DNA of 64,000 bases from NCBI GenBank assembly GCA_964392315.1, contig CAYMOT010000003.1:67665-131664 (forward strand), given 5' to 3'. The notes under the pieces were generated by a model. It was not told where the DNA came from. It searched no databases and saw nothing but the letters and a program-made list of their open reading frames with translations. The position numbers and the translations under genes were made by a program. Source of the DNA: an uncultured Candidatus Saccharibacteria bacterium. GTDB taxonomy: Bacteria > Patescibacteriota > 4484-211 > JAGQKX01. Of this stretch, positions 17,775 through 29,757 are shown piece after piece; position 1 is the first letter of the stretch; each line of letters starts with the position of its first letter.

Positions 17775-19763
17775 TTATGGTAACGGGATATCCAAAGTCT
17801 GTCCTGGATATATCCAATGTACTGCACGGAAAAAGTGCTTCCTGAATTCTTCTGCAGATGCATCAGGATTTTCAAGCGCAAACTCATAAAAATTATTGAC
17901 TCCAATTTCGTTACCTACACTTAATACTGCATCATTCCTTGTTATGAAATCAACCATCCACTCAGGATTATTATACGCATGTCCAGTAACACCAAGATTA
18001 TCCAGCATATGCTCCAATGGATGACCTGCCTCAACAACCATCTCCGTGGAGTTGAAATACTGCTCTATCCAATCACTGAACCGAGCACCAACTTCTCCTC
18101 CAAGATCAGAAGCTGTTTCACGTGCAATTCCAAGAGCCTCTGCAGCGGATTCTGGATTGCCTTCAACCAGTCTCCTGAAAAATTCACGCGCGCCTTCTGT
18201 AATTTGACTATCAAAAGATTCTGGCCCACCTGGAGCATGGTCGACTATATCTCCGATCAACTCTGCTGCTACTCCTCTTGCATCCCCAGCCGTATCAGCT
18301 ATTGCTCTCCATTGGTCCATAGCAGAGCCACCTGCATCCCGAGCGGCGTCTGCGATTGCCTCACCTACGGAATTTCCAGGCGTCCCATCGGCGATAGTAT
18401 CTATGAAATCAGCTCCTGACTCTCCAGCTTGTCGGATACCTTGCAAAAGCCCTTGATGTGCATCACCAATACGATCACCTACGTTCGCACCAAATTCCGC
18501 CACATTCCCTGCGGCATTTATTGCACGTGGCAGCATTCTGAATCCTAATCGAGCACCCGCCCCACCCATTTCTCCAGCTGCGTCAAGCGAAGCCCTTCCA
18601 ACCTCACGTGCTGCCTCTGCAACATTTTGCATCATTTCAGGTGCGACTGCATGCAAACCCAGGTTCATAAGACTACTTGCTGCGAGACCAGAGGAAAAGC
18701 CACTGAGTTTGTACCGTGCATTTTTGTATCGTTCTTCAAATCGCAAACGTTCTGCGGGAGTCAATTGCTTCTTCAGATGCCATCGAGAAATTTTTTCTAA
18801 TGCAAAGCTCGTCGCATACGTACCAGCAGTTATTGCTAATCGCGGAACCGGACCCATTCCTGCAAAACCTAGTCCTGTTGCAGTACCTCCAACAATTGCA
18901 CCAAAAATATATGCCTTTTTACTTTTACCGGTCCAGGTATATGGCCGTGTAAACGCACTAACTACACCCTTAATTTTCTGCCATTTAGTTTTTTCTGATT
19001 CTTGAGCTTCAGGAGTACGCTGAGTTTCTGCACTAGGTGTTATATCTTGACTCCTCGGTCTCTCTGGAAAAATAGGATAGTTACGCTCTTCATGCAAAAC
19101 AATATTACCCTCTGCATCTCTATGAGGTGTAACTGGTCTCCTAACACTAAGATACGGTCGCCAATACAATGAATCATCTTCTACACTAGTACCTGGAGTA
19201 AGCGGTAATTGGGCACCTGATTCAGCAGTATTAGCAGCCCGGGTTGTCGGCGATCCAGCTCTCTGAGTTTCTTGTGTCGCCGGTTGTTCAGCTAAACGCT
19301 GAGCTGCTACTTGTCTTTCTTGTTGCCGTTGTTGAATAGCCCGCTCTATGTCATCTAGTGTTCGATCTGGTCCAGCAACTGACTGGTGCAATCTGCCTTC
19401 TCCTAAATTCATTACTGCATCTGGCCGACGCGGATTACCTTGTGCATCTCTAAGCACTGCTCCACCTTCAGCTCTAGCAGCAGGCGCAAGTTGATTTGCG
19501 CGAGGTTGCGGTGCTGTGGCATGTCGAGGATTATCTGAAAATCTACTAGCTATAGGAGGCAAGGGATTTAAAAGGTCAGCATTATTTCGGCGTGGATTTG
19601 GCCCATTAGCGGCTGTAGATGCATCCTGTGGTCCAATTTCATTTTGTGCCAATTGGGCATATCGTTCAGGGTCTGAGGGTAAGCCTGGCAAAGGAGGTAA
19701 TGGTCCTGTCATAATATCTAGTAATAGATATAACCGAATCGTATTTTTTAAACAAGTACCCAA
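17775..19763 (-). CDS. Large low-complexity membrane/surface protein with LysM-like C-terminus
   Basis: 662 aa with a Pro-rich N-terminus, a TM-like Gly-rich segment, and Ala/Gly/Asp-rich repeats (AxDAxG). The C-terminus ...IYPGQTLDIPLP resembles the end of a LysM motif. Confidence 0.55.
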   Translation of the reverse strand: MGTCLKNTIRLYLLLDIMTGPLPPLPGLPSDPERYAQLAQNEIGPQDASTAANGPNPRRNNADLLNPLPPIASRFSDNPRHATAPQPRANQLAPAARAEGGAVLRDAQGNPRRPDAVMNLGEGRLHQSVAGPDRTLDDIERAIQQRQQERQVAAQRLAEQPATQETQRAGSPTTRAANTAESGAQLPLTPGTSVEDDSLYWRPYLSVRRPVTPHRDAEGNIVLHEERNYPIFPERPRSQDITPSAETQRTPEAQESEKTKWQKIKGVVSAFTRPYTWTGKSKKAYIFGAIVGGTATGLGFAGMGPVPRLAITAGTYATSFALEKISRWHLKKQLTPAERLRFEERYKNARYKLSGFSSGLAASSLMNLGLHAVAPEMMQNVAEAAREVGRASLDAAGEMGGAGARLGFRMLPRAINAAGNVAEFGANVGDRIGDAHQGLLQGIRQAGESGADFIDTIADGTPGNSVGEAIADAARDAGGSAMDQWRAIADTAGDARGVAAELIGDIVDHAPGGPESFDSQITEGAREFFRRLVEGNPESAAEALGIARETASDLGGEVGARFSDWIEQYFNSTEMVVEAGHPLEHMLDNLGVTGHAYNNPEWMVDFITRNDAVLSVGNEIGVNNFYEFALENPDASAEEFRKHFFRAVHWIYPGQTLDIPLP

Positions 19764-19784
19764 TTTGTAGCTATCACAAATCTA

Positions 19785-19817
19785 TTGACAACTCTAAAAA
19801 TAGCATGTATCTATTAT
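19785..19817 (+). promoter_or_regulatory. Sigma70-like promoter for the 863-aa gene
   Basis: TTGACA (19785-19790), a 17-nt spacer, then TATCTA, continuing into TATTATAT. The ATG at 19832 has no obvious Shine-Dalgarno. Confidence 0.4.
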
Positions 19818-19831
19818 ATAGTATTTAACAT

Positions 19832-22423
19832 ATGCCCAATCCTGCTTCACCAGCACAAGAACCACAGCCACCACTCGATCCACGTGTAGCAATTCAAAGA
19901 AGATTACAAGGAGATCAAGGATCAGCAGAACAGTTTGTTATCGGAAATGCTCGACCTATTAATAAAGAAGTAGGAGGGATAGATTTTGGTGGTGAGGCAC
20001 GACGAGAGAAAAAAGGTCTCGAGAGACTCGCATTTTGGAGAAAAACAGAAACTGTAGGAGTTCCTGCTGGTGCTATTGCACGAGAAAGTCTTGGAGGCCC
20101 CGGTACCATTCAAAATCGTGAAAATCAGAGAAAAGCTGAGAGCCTCCGCACACGACTCGTTGAATTGCGAGAACAGATTCCCGATCTAACCCAAGAACAA
20201 CTAGATAGAATGACTCCGCAAGAAATTGAGGAAATTCGCCGGAAGCGTGAACAATATATGCAGCTGCATGAAGCACATCGAGTAATGACAGAATTCCAAA
20301 CTGCTGCCGCATCCCTAGGAGAACTCGAACGAGCGCAAAGACTTTTAGAAAACCCAAATATAACCGCCGAAGAACGCACTATTTTGCTACAAAAGCAGGC
20401 AGCGCACCTTGCGACTGCTCATTGGGGGATCACTCGATACCAACAACGATATGAGATAGGTGGCCCCTCCTTTGCAGAGGCCCGCAACCAAGTTAGTTCT
20501 GGTACTCAGCGTTTAGAGGATACTGCATGGTACCAAAGCGTTGTACAAAAAGTTGCTCTGGAATACGGCATGAACGAACAAAGCAATATCGTCAAGCAAG
20601 CAGCGCGCTCTATTTTCGATAAAGAGCAGCAGCCAAATACAAGTATGGGGGCCGCACTCGGCGAGGTAGAGGCGGCAATGTTAGGAGCACCACGTCCTGA
20701 ATTAAGAGTAAAAATGACGAAGCAAGAGCTTGCAATGCAACAGACGGTACTTGCTAATCTCCGAAACAATCACTTTGTGTTCCGGGTATTACAAAATGAA
20801 TCTGGTCCACAGGCTGCCCTTAACGAATATGAAAAATACCTTGCTATGCAGCGAGCACAATTTGTTTCGGAAGCTCGCAGAGGTATTAGCAATGAAGTTA
20901 ATGCAATAGCGCCCGAAAGACGATCTCCTACTCTTCAAGGACTCGTTCGGTCAGTCGAGACAGCTCATGACGAATATAGAGTCATAGAGCAAACAATAAA
21001 TCCTGCTCTGAGGGAAGCAACACGTCAACAAGAAGACGCTGAGCGGGAGTACAACGCAGCGCATCAGGAAGCGAATGAATTACGAAGTGACAAGGCAGCC
21101 GCCGAAGACGAACTTCAAGATTTAGAAACACAAAGAAGAGATGCAAATCCTGTGGTTAAGTTTCATGAGGATGAAGAAAAGCTTAGATCCGATGTCAGAC
21201 AATTAGCATTTAGGGTAAGGTTTGATAACTTAAATAGATTCCTAACACAAGGAGAGTTTAATAGAATGTGTACAGCATTAGGAGGACTAAGTAGCTCTGA
21301 TAACTTGAATGCACGTTCTGTTAGAGAAGCAGGTATTACAAGCTCGAGTATTGGAATAGTTACTGAAAGTTTCAGAAGTACTGTTACACCTGAGGTTAGT
21401 GGTATCACTACCACTTTGGTTACCCTAAGGACAGATATACAGACATTAGAGAATCAACTACTTGTACTACAAAATAATGGAACAGTATTAGAAAGTGACC
21501 GTGAGCTTCTTAGATTAGAAAATGAATTAATACAACAAATCAATGATCTAGAAAATTTACTGGAGCAAGCGGAAAACGGAAGTGTTCAGTTGGAGCAATC
21601 GCTAGTTGATTTAGCAACTGCTGTCCGAAGTAATGACGAACAAGATATCCGCAATGCAGTTGTTGACGTACTTGCTACAAGAGATTCACTGAGAAATGTA
21701 TGGCAAAATGCAAGAAGGGCAATAAATCCAGGAGGAGCAGGAAATAGGTATGGTGGCCGACAAAGGGAGATCAGTGATTCTAGAGGCGAATTAGAAGCAT
21801 ATGCAGCAAATCCTAATATTGTTCAAGAGAGAAACGATCGAAAATCTGGGTATCAGTATGCCCTCTCTGCACAGGCAGCGTCTCATATACGCAGCTTACA
21901 GAGCGAAATACGACAAACTAATGGTGCATTGAGCCGTGCAGAACAAGAAGAAACTGCAGCTAGGGGAGAGCTTGATCAAATTCGTACAGAGTCTGCCCAA
22001 GAAGCAGCAAGAAAGGTAAGCAGGGAAATCTTGGGCGCCCAAGTTGGGAATGACCACGAACTCGTCAGAGGGTTAGAGCGGGAACTGGCGAGTGATTTTA
22101 GAAATCCACGAAATGCTGATAGGAGACTCGCGTGGTATAAAATATTGAACTTCCTCGATCATGCATTTACTACAGAGATCGCGACCCCTTATACGCCAAC
22201 CACTCCTGCACAACAGCCACCTAGGAGGCGCTTTCAAGGAGCATCAGCAGATGCAGATAGGGACAACAATACAGCACCACGCAGAGATGCTACACTAACC
22301 GCACGAGGAGGAGGAAGGACACCCCGAGGAGCTGGCGCTCCAGGACCTAGCCCTCGGCCACGAGGAGCACAAGGAGGAAGAGGGTCTGGCCGTGGACGGA
22401 GAGGAGGAGGAACTAACTTTTAA
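19832..22423 (+). CDS. Large coiled-coil hypothetical protein with RGG-rich C-terminus (863 aa)
   Basis: Long Q/E/R/L-rich heptad-like regions. The C-terminal 60 aa are Arg/Gly-rich (GGRGSGRGRRGGG). Confidence 0.55.
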   Translation: MPNPASPAQEPQPPLDPRVAIQRRLQGDQGSAEQFVIGNARPINKEVGGIDFGGEARREKKGLERLAFWRKTETVGVPAGAIARESLGGPGTIQNRENQRKAESLRTRLVELREQIPDLTQEQLDRMTPQEIEEIRRKREQYMQLHEAHRVMTEFQTAAASLGELERAQRLLENPNITAEERTILLQKQAAHLATAHWGITRYQQRYEIGGPSFAEARNQVSSGTQRLEDTAWYQSVVQKVALEYGMNEQSNIVKQAARSIFDKEQQPNTSMGAALGEVEAAMLGAPRPELRVKMTKQELAMQQTVLANLRNNHFVFRVLQNESGPQAALNEYEKYLAMQRAQFVSEARRGISNEVNAIAPERRSPTLQGLVRSVETAHDEYRVIEQTINPALREATRQQEDAEREYNAAHQEANELRSDKAAAEDELQDLETQRRDANPVVKFHEDEEKLRSDVRQLAFRVRFDNLNRFLTQGEFNRMCTALGGLSSSDNLNARSVREAGITSSSIGIVTESFRSTVTPEVSGITTTLVTLRTDIQTLENQLLVLQNNGTVLESDRELLRLENELIQQINDLENLLEQAENGSVQLEQSLVDLATAVRSNDEQDIRNAVVDVLATRDSLRNVWQNARRAINPGGAGNRYGGRQREISDSRGELEAYAANPNIVQERNDRKSGYQYALSAQAASHIRSLQSEIRQTNGALSRAEQEETAARGELDQIRTESAQEAARKVSREILGAQVGNDHELVRGLERELASDFRNPRNADRRLAWYKILNFLDHAFTTEIATPYTPTTPAQQPPRRRFQGASADADRDNNTAPRRDATLTARGGGRTPRGAGAPGPSPRPRGAQGGRGSGRGRRGGGTNF

Positions 22424-22447
22424 TAAAAAGTTAGTTATAATAAACAT

Positions 22448-23935
<1,488 letters not shown>

Positions 23936-23942
23936 TCAAACC

Positions 23943-24950
23943 TTACGATAGGCAATTCATTAGTACCTTTGCGAGCTTATCAGGATCATGACGAATCAGA
24001 CTCCGCCTGATCACATCAGATGTTGACTTGACTACTTCCTGTGATTTTATAATATCTGCTCTAATTACCTTGTACTCTTCGTTTTTTCCAAAATTATCCA
24101 CCACTAAATGCTCATGTGCTTTGGCATATTTCTTAACTATTGGCTGGGGAATTTCTCCTGTGTTTACAATCACAACATCAGGCATACGTCCAGTATATTG
24201 CGTAACAAGTTCAACATGATCCTTTCCTGTCAGTCCATGAGTCTGGCCCAGTTTTGTCATCAGGTTGAGAATATAGACAAATTTTGCGTTAGAACGCTGT
24301 ATTACTTCTCTTGCCCCCTCGACAACAATATCAGCTAATAAACTCGTATATAAATCGCCAGGCCCTAAAATAATGCAGTCGGCTTTTAAAATTTCGTTGC
24401 GTGCGTCATCGGTTATTTGCGCAGCAGGTTCAATAGATAAAGAAACAATTGAAGGAAGATTTTTATGAGACATTGGTTGTGCATCTATTACTGACTGTCC
24501 GACAATGCTTGTTCCATCACTATACTGGGCTATTAACTTAACTGGTTCTGCGGTAATCGGAACAACGCGACCCTGTATGCGAAGTATTTGTGATGCAACT
24601 TCTACGGCTTTAACAGAATCCTGCAACATTTCAGAAAGCGCTACTAAAAAAAGATTCCCAAAATTATGTCCTTTCAAGCCTTCACCCTTATCAAATCTAT
24701 ATAAAAACAGTTCACGTAACAGTTGGTGGTTTGCTGAATCTTCAGATAAAGCTACCAGTGCCATTCGAATATCACCAACAGGTAGGACACCAAATTCATC
24801 ACGCAAACGGCCGGTACTCCCCCCATCATCTGCCATACTTACGATGGCCGATAGATTAACGGGGTACTTTTTAAGTCCTGATAAAACCGTAAAGGTGCCG
24901 GTTCCACCTCCAATGGTTACTATATTCATAAGGAAAACACTTCGACACAC
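23943..24950 (-). CDS. yvcK: YvcK/CofD-family gluconeogenesis factor (UPF0052)
   Basis: IVTIGGGTGTFTVLSGLKKY N-terminal motif. The probable start is MNIVTIGGG at 24929. Confidence 0.75.
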   Translation of the reverse strand: MCRSVFLMNIVTIGGGTGTFTVLSGLKKYPVNLSAIVSMADDGGSTGRLRDEFGVLPVGDIRMALVALSEDSANHQLLRELFLYRFDKGEGLKGHNFGNLFLVALSEMLQDSVKAVEVASQILRIQGRVVPITAEPVKLIAQYSDGTSIVGQSVIDAQPMSHKNLPSIVSLSIEPAAQITDDARNEILKADCIILGPGDLYTSLLADIVVEGAREVIQRSNAKFVYILNLMTKLGQTHGLTGKDHVELVTQYTGRMPDVVIVNTGEIPQPIVKKYAKAHEHLVVDNFGKNEEYKVIRADIIKSQEVVKSTSDVIRRSLIRHDPDKLAKVLMNCLS

Positions 24951-24983
24951 TTCGCTCTGATCAGTGCGAAGTGTGCCGATATA

Positions 24984-26060
24984 CTAACCCTTTTTGGTTA
25001 TCTTCGCAATGTAGAATGGACGGAAAATCCCATCTGGGATAACTCGTATTGTCTTTGCCAGATCTGGATGAAATGTATGCGTTTTCCATTGCAAAATGCC
25101 ACCGCACCACGGTATTTGTTCAAGCATACGAGAATCGATGGTGGTAACTTCGGCATCTTCTCTTTCCAGAAGCCAGTTAACGACTCCTTCGTTTTCTTCA
25201 ACACTAAGAGTACAGGTTGAATACACCAAAATACCTCCGGGCTTTACCATTTCAAAACCTGCTTTTAGTAAACCTTTTTGTTGCCAGACCATATCAGTAT
25301 ACTTCTTTGGGTTCCAGAATTTATAAGATGCGGGAGCAGACAAGTTGATATACCCCTCGTTCGAACAAGGGGCATCAACCAACACTGTATCGAAGCTGTC
25401 TATTAATTCAGAATGAGCACGAGGCAATACAAATCCATCTGCGTGGAGCACATGCGTGTTTGTTACGCCAAGCCGGTCGAGATTATCTCTTAACTTCTGC
25501 ACACGCTTTGCATTCTTTTCCACTGCGAAAATGGAGCCCGTATTGGCCATCAATGCTGCGATATGGGATGTCTTGCTGCCTGGTGCCGCACATAAATCCA
25601 GTACCCGTTCCCGTAAGCTTGGTTCAAGTACCAAACTTGCTAACATGCTCGACATTCCTTGAATATAGATATACCCATTGGAAAATGCATCAGTCGTGGA
25701 AAGCGGTATGGGAGATTCAGTCAGCACATAGGAATTTGGTAGTTGTCCTTTCTCAAATCCAAATCCCTGTACATGCAACTGGTTTAAAATGTCATTGGAT
25801 GCAGTAAGTGTATTAACACGAAATGTAACCCTGGGCTCATGAGAAATCTCATTGATAAACTGCTCATACCCTATTGGATAGATACGTTTAATTTTTTCAA
25901 GAATTTTCTCGACTTTTACATCCATGGTTCGGATATTTAGCGTACACCTGGGTAAAACCTTACAACTGAAGCAGACAAGGAATGTACAGCAAGAAAGCCT
26001 TGACGAGGAGTAAATAACAACACAGTCCCTATACCAACTCCAATGAGTAACAAGAGACAA
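24984..26060 (-). CDS. NOL1/NOP2/Sun-family rRNA cytosine-C5 methyltransferase (RsmB/RsmF-like)
   Basis: SAM motif LDLCAAPGSKTSHIA, plus DAPCS and the catalytic-Cys region STCT. The probable true start is MDVKVEKIL at about 25925, because the annotated N-terminal extension overlaps the upstream gene. Confidence 0.75.
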   Translation of the reverse strand: MSLVTHWSWYRDCVVIYSSSRLSCCTFLVCFSCKVLPRCTLNIRTMDVKVEKILEKIKRIYPIGYEQFINEISHEPRVTFRVNTLTASNDILNQLHVQGFGFEKGQLPNSYVLTESPIPLSTTDAFSNGYIYIQGMSSMLASLVLEPSLRERVLDLCAAPGSKTSHIAALMANTGSIFAVEKNAKRVQKLRDNLDRLGVTNTHVLHADGFVLPRAHSELIDSFDTVLVDAPCSNEGYINLSAPASYKFWNPKKYTDMVWQQKGLLKAGFEMVKPGGILVYSTCTLSVEENEGVVNWLLEREDAEVTTIDSRMLEQIPWCGGILQWKTHTFHPDLAKTIRVIPDGIFRPFYIAKITKKG

Positions 26061-26455
26061 AATAGAGCCAAAAATTGCCGTTCATAGCGCATCCAGAGGA
26101 AATCAAAAAAGTTTGTAGAAGCTATATGCATTGTACCTGATATTCTCGTCGTTGGTTCGTTATATACAACGGTATGCAATGCAAATGAGACAGCCTCCTG
26201 CCGAGAATAGTTTCCTGTACCGACCACATTTTCTGCAGCCTCCATAATAGACACCGTGCTTGATGGTACCGAAGGAGCATACGTCGCAAATGGATCCTGT
26301 ATATATCCCAAGTCAACAAGAATACTCAGGTACTCAGAAGCGTCTTGGATAGAAATTCCTCTGTGATGGGCATCACGAAAACACTGGTAAAGGGTGATTG
26401 TTGATGGTTCAGCGTTCTCCATAGGAATACTATCGCGGGCCTTCAAGATGGTCAA
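25937..26455 (-). CDS. Hypothetical membrane protein
   Basis: 172 aa with a C-terminal TM helix; no motif recognised. Confidence 0.4.
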   Translation of the reverse strand: MTILKARDSIPMENAEPSTITLYQCFRDAHHRGISIQDASEYLSILVDLGYIQDPFATYAPSVPSSTVSIMEAAENVVGTGNYSRQEAVSFALHTVVYNEPTTRISGTMHIASTNFFDFLWMRYERQFLALFCLLLLIGVGIGTVLLFTPRQGFLAVHSLSASVVRFYPGVR

Positions 26456-26904
26456 CCAATTCGGCTTGACATCCGTTGCCGTCTCATTGCCGCTTCAGGA
26501 GAAACCATTGCTTGACTTCGTTGCACACGGGAAAGTTGTTCTATTGCTTTTTCACGCGTTTGTTGCTGAACTCGCTCTTCTCTACTTCGAAAATGCGTTT
26601 TGAGGAGAGGATCGTTGACGTTGCCTGCCATCTGATCATCTAAAAAATCTACAACCCACTGCGGATAGTGGTCAACTGGTCCATGATCTATAGAGCTATA
26701 CTTCTTCTGTGGTTTAAACCCCTCAGGAAGATTACCCTTTTGCATATGCTCCTTAATAAGCGTATCGAGATGGGTAATATCTCTTACTTTAAGTCCACGC
26801 TTCTGAAGTTCCCGTAGCATTAGGGTCTTAGAGACTTGCTGCTGACCCGCAGCAGAAGTCAAATACTGAGCATATGGTTTGTCCATTTCCGCCCGATCAA
26901 ACAT
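26452..26904 (-). CDS. Hypothetical protein
   Basis: 150 aa; 4-bp overlap with the downstream gene. Confidence 0.4.
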   Translation of the reverse strand: MFDRAEMDKPYAQYLTSAAGQQQVSKTLMLRELQKRGLKVRDITHLDTLIKEHMQKGNLPEGFKPQKKYSSIDHGPVDHYPQWVVDFLDDQMAGNVNDPLLKTHFRSREERVQQQTREKAIEQLSRVQRSQAMVSPEAAMRRQRMSSRIG

Positions 26905-26963
26905 ACTTAAATAGTATCGTAATTTGTAAGATAGTCCAATAGGTGTTGTATTTTCGACAGTTA

Positions 26964-29717
26964 TTATATTTTTGTAAGCTGTTGGTGTTCATCCGAGTTG
27001 ATGAGGCCACAATGTTTATACTTTTTCCCACTTCCACACCAGCACGGGTCATTACGGCCGATTTTCTCTTTGTCAGTTTTTACCACTGGTTCGTGTGAAA
27101 CCGGTTCCGTAACTGAAGAACGCTGTTCTTGTGGCGCTTCTACTTGAAACTGTCCGAGTTGCTTATGTTCAGTTCTTGCTTCTTCCAACACTTCTTGTTC
27201 TTGCTCCAACAACGGTTGCACCAATTGAACTTTGAATATTCGACTCATGACTGCATAATCTATGTCGTCTAAAAGCATTCCAAACATTCTGAATGCTTCG
27301 TTTTTGAATTCTACAAGCGGATCACGCTGCCCATACGCACGCAGTCGCACTCCATATCGCAGCTCATCTAATGCATCAATATGGTCCATCCATTTGAGGT
27401 CGATACTCGAGAGCATCAATGAGCGTTCAATCTGGCTCAACACGTCTGCACCAAACTGCTCCTCTCGTGCCGTGTATTGTTCGCGCGTCATATTCATCAG
27501 TTTTTCTACGGTATCCTCTATGCTCACGTGTGAAAGGTGGGTAAGTTCATCGGTTAGTTCTTCGTGCTGCGTCGTAGTGAGAGGAATCAGCCGTTGTATT
27601 TCTGATAACACATCCCCTGTTTCGGAGTCAGTGGCACTTACCTGTTGTTGCAGTAACTGCGTCCAGTATTTCTGGAATGCGTCAAATATCTTGTCGCGAA
27701 TCGGTTGCGTGTTCTCTTCATCGTTTGACTGAACAAGCAACCTCCGGCGACGTTCGTAAATAATTTCACGCTGCTTGTTGATGACATCGTCATATTCGAC
27801 TAGATGCTTTCTGATATCAAAGTTATATGTCTCTACTTTCTTTTGAGAATTTTCAATTGAGCGCGAGACAATATTCGCTTCTATCGGAACATCTTCGGGC
27901 ATATTAAACGCGGTCATGAGTCCTGCAATCTTCTCCCCACCAAATATTCTCATCAGATCGTCATCGAGCCCTACAAAAAATCTACTCTCACCCGGATCAC
28001 CTTGACGGCCAGATCGGCCACGCAGCTGATTATCAATACGCCGTGCTTCATGACGTTCAGTACCGATTACAAATAACCCTCCTCGTTCACGCACCTCATC
28101 AGTGATCTTGATGTCTGTACCGCGTCCAGCCATGTTGGTCGCAATGGTGACTGAACCCTTTTGTCCTGCACGGGCAATAATTTCTGCTTCGCGTTCGTGG
28201 TTCTTGGCATTCAGCACCTCATGCGGAATGCCTCGACGTTTCAACAATCCGCTTAGAAGTTCGTTCTTCTCAACGCTTGTGGTACCTGCCAGGATTGGTT
28301 GTCCTTTTTCGTGAATGAGTGCGATCTCATCTACTATCGCTTTCCATTTAGCTCGCTGATTTTTGTATATCCTGTCTGGATGGTCTACGCGCACGACAGG
28401 TTTATGCGTCGGTACCGCAACGGATTCGAGGTTATAAATCTTAAAGAACTCTTCTGATTCGGTCATGACCGTTGCACTCATACCAGAAAGTTTTTTGTAT
28501 AACCGGAAGTAATTTTGAAAGGTGATGGTCGCGAGGGTCTTAGACTCTTTTTGAATAGGAACTTTTTCCTTTGCCTCAATTGCCTGGTGCAACCCCTCGC
28601 TATACCGTCTACCCGGCATCAATCGCCCAGTAAAGGTATCAACGATAATTACCTCATTATCCTTTACAACATAGTCTCGGTCTTTGATATACAGATACTG
28701 CGCCTTGAGTGCCTGGTCGAGATGATGCGCAAGTTGGAAGTCTTCATACAAGTTTTCTGTCTTTAGCCACGACTCTACTTTCTTGACTCCAAAGTCAGTT
28801 AAGTGAGCGCTCTTTGCCTTTTCATCGATGATATAGTCTTCCAGATTAAGCCGTGGCATCAGCTGCGCAAATTGTGCATACAGCTGATTACTCTCTTCTG
28901 CAGGTGCAGAAATAATCAAGGGCGTCCGTGCTTCGTCAATGAGAATGCTATCCGCCTCGTCAACAATTGCAAAGTTGTGCGCACCAAATAAACCCGAAGG
29001 CGTAACCTGTACAATCTGACTTTGATCCTGCACCATGTTGTCACGCAAATAGTCAAAACCAAATTCATTGTTCGTACCATAGGTGACATCACACGCATAC
29101 ACTTCGCGCCGTGATACCGGCTGCAAAAAATCGCCTTTGCCAATCTTTTCTTTGTACTCTTTGCTGATAGGACCAGTAAACGTGGTAATTTCTGTTGGTG
29201 GAGTGTATATGTATGAGGTGTTTTGGGAATTGATCACCCCTACCGAAAGACCAAGAACACTAAACACTCCTCCCATCCATTCTGCATCTCGCCGTGCCAG
29301 ATAATCGTTTACCGTGATCAAGTGCGCACCATTTCCTGTGAGTGCATTCAAATACAGGGGATGTACCGCAGCGTGGGTTTTACCTTCACCAGTCTTTTGC
29401 TCCGCAAGCTTCCCTTGGTGAAGTGCGATGCCAACCATCAATTGCTCACGAAATGAACGCTCACCAATGACACGTTTTGCGACTTCACGCACCATCGCAA
29501 ACGCTTCGGGCAAAATATCATTGAGTGTACTCTCGTAACTGCCGTCAGAGTTGTTTTTAATCAAGTCCTTGAATTCCGAGGTCCTTTTGGCAAATGTCTC
29601 AAGTGGCCACTGGGAGACAATCTCCTCCCACCCATCGATCTGTGAGATAAGTGCATCATATTCTTTTATTTGTTTGGAGTTCGCATCAAAAAGCTTGTTA
29701 AGAAGACCCAAAACCAT
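26964..29717 (-). CDS. secA: Preprotein translocase ATPase SecA
   Basis: 917 aa with DEAD-like motor motifs and the C-terminal zinc finger CWCGSGKKYKHCG. Confidence 0.9.
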   Translation of the reverse strand: MVLGLLNKLFDANSKQIKEYDALISQIDGWEEIVSQWPLETFAKRTSEFKDLIKNNSDGSYESTLNDILPEAFAMVREVAKRVIGERSFREQLMVGIALHQGKLAEQKTGEGKTHAAVHPLYLNALTGNGAHLITVNDYLARRDAEWMGGVFSVLGLSVGVINSQNTSYIYTPPTEITTFTGPISKEYKEKIGKGDFLQPVSRREVYACDVTYGTNNEFGFDYLRDNMVQDQSQIVQVTPSGLFGAHNFAIVDEADSILIDEARTPLIISAPAEESNQLYAQFAQLMPRLNLEDYIIDEKAKSAHLTDFGVKKVESWLKTENLYEDFQLAHHLDQALKAQYLYIKDRDYVVKDNEVIIVDTFTGRLMPGRRYSEGLHQAIEAKEKVPIQKESKTLATITFQNYFRLYKKLSGMSATVMTESEEFFKIYNLESVAVPTHKPVVRVDHPDRIYKNQRAKWKAIVDEIALIHEKGQPILAGTTSVEKNELLSGLLKRRGIPHEVLNAKNHEREAEIIARAGQKGSVTIATNMAGRGTDIKITDEVRERGGLFVIGTERHEARRIDNQLRGRSGRQGDPGESRFFVGLDDDLMRIFGGEKIAGLMTAFNMPEDVPIEANIVSRSIENSQKKVETYNFDIRKHLVEYDDVINKQREIIYERRRRLLVQSNDEENTQPIRDKIFDAFQKYWTQLLQQQVSATDSETGDVLSEIQRLIPLTTTQHEELTDELTHLSHVSIEDTVEKLMNMTREQYTAREEQFGADVLSQIERSLMLSSIDLKWMDHIDALDELRYGVRLRAYGQRDPLVEFKNEAFRMFGMLLDDIDYAVMSRIFKVQLVQPLLEQEQEVLEEARTEHKQLGQFQVEAPQEQRSSVTEPVSHEPVVKTDKEKIGRNDPCWCGSGKKYKHCGLINSDEHQQLTKI

Positions 29718-29757
29718 TAGGGGATTATAGCATGTGCACGTCTATTCTCACTATTAC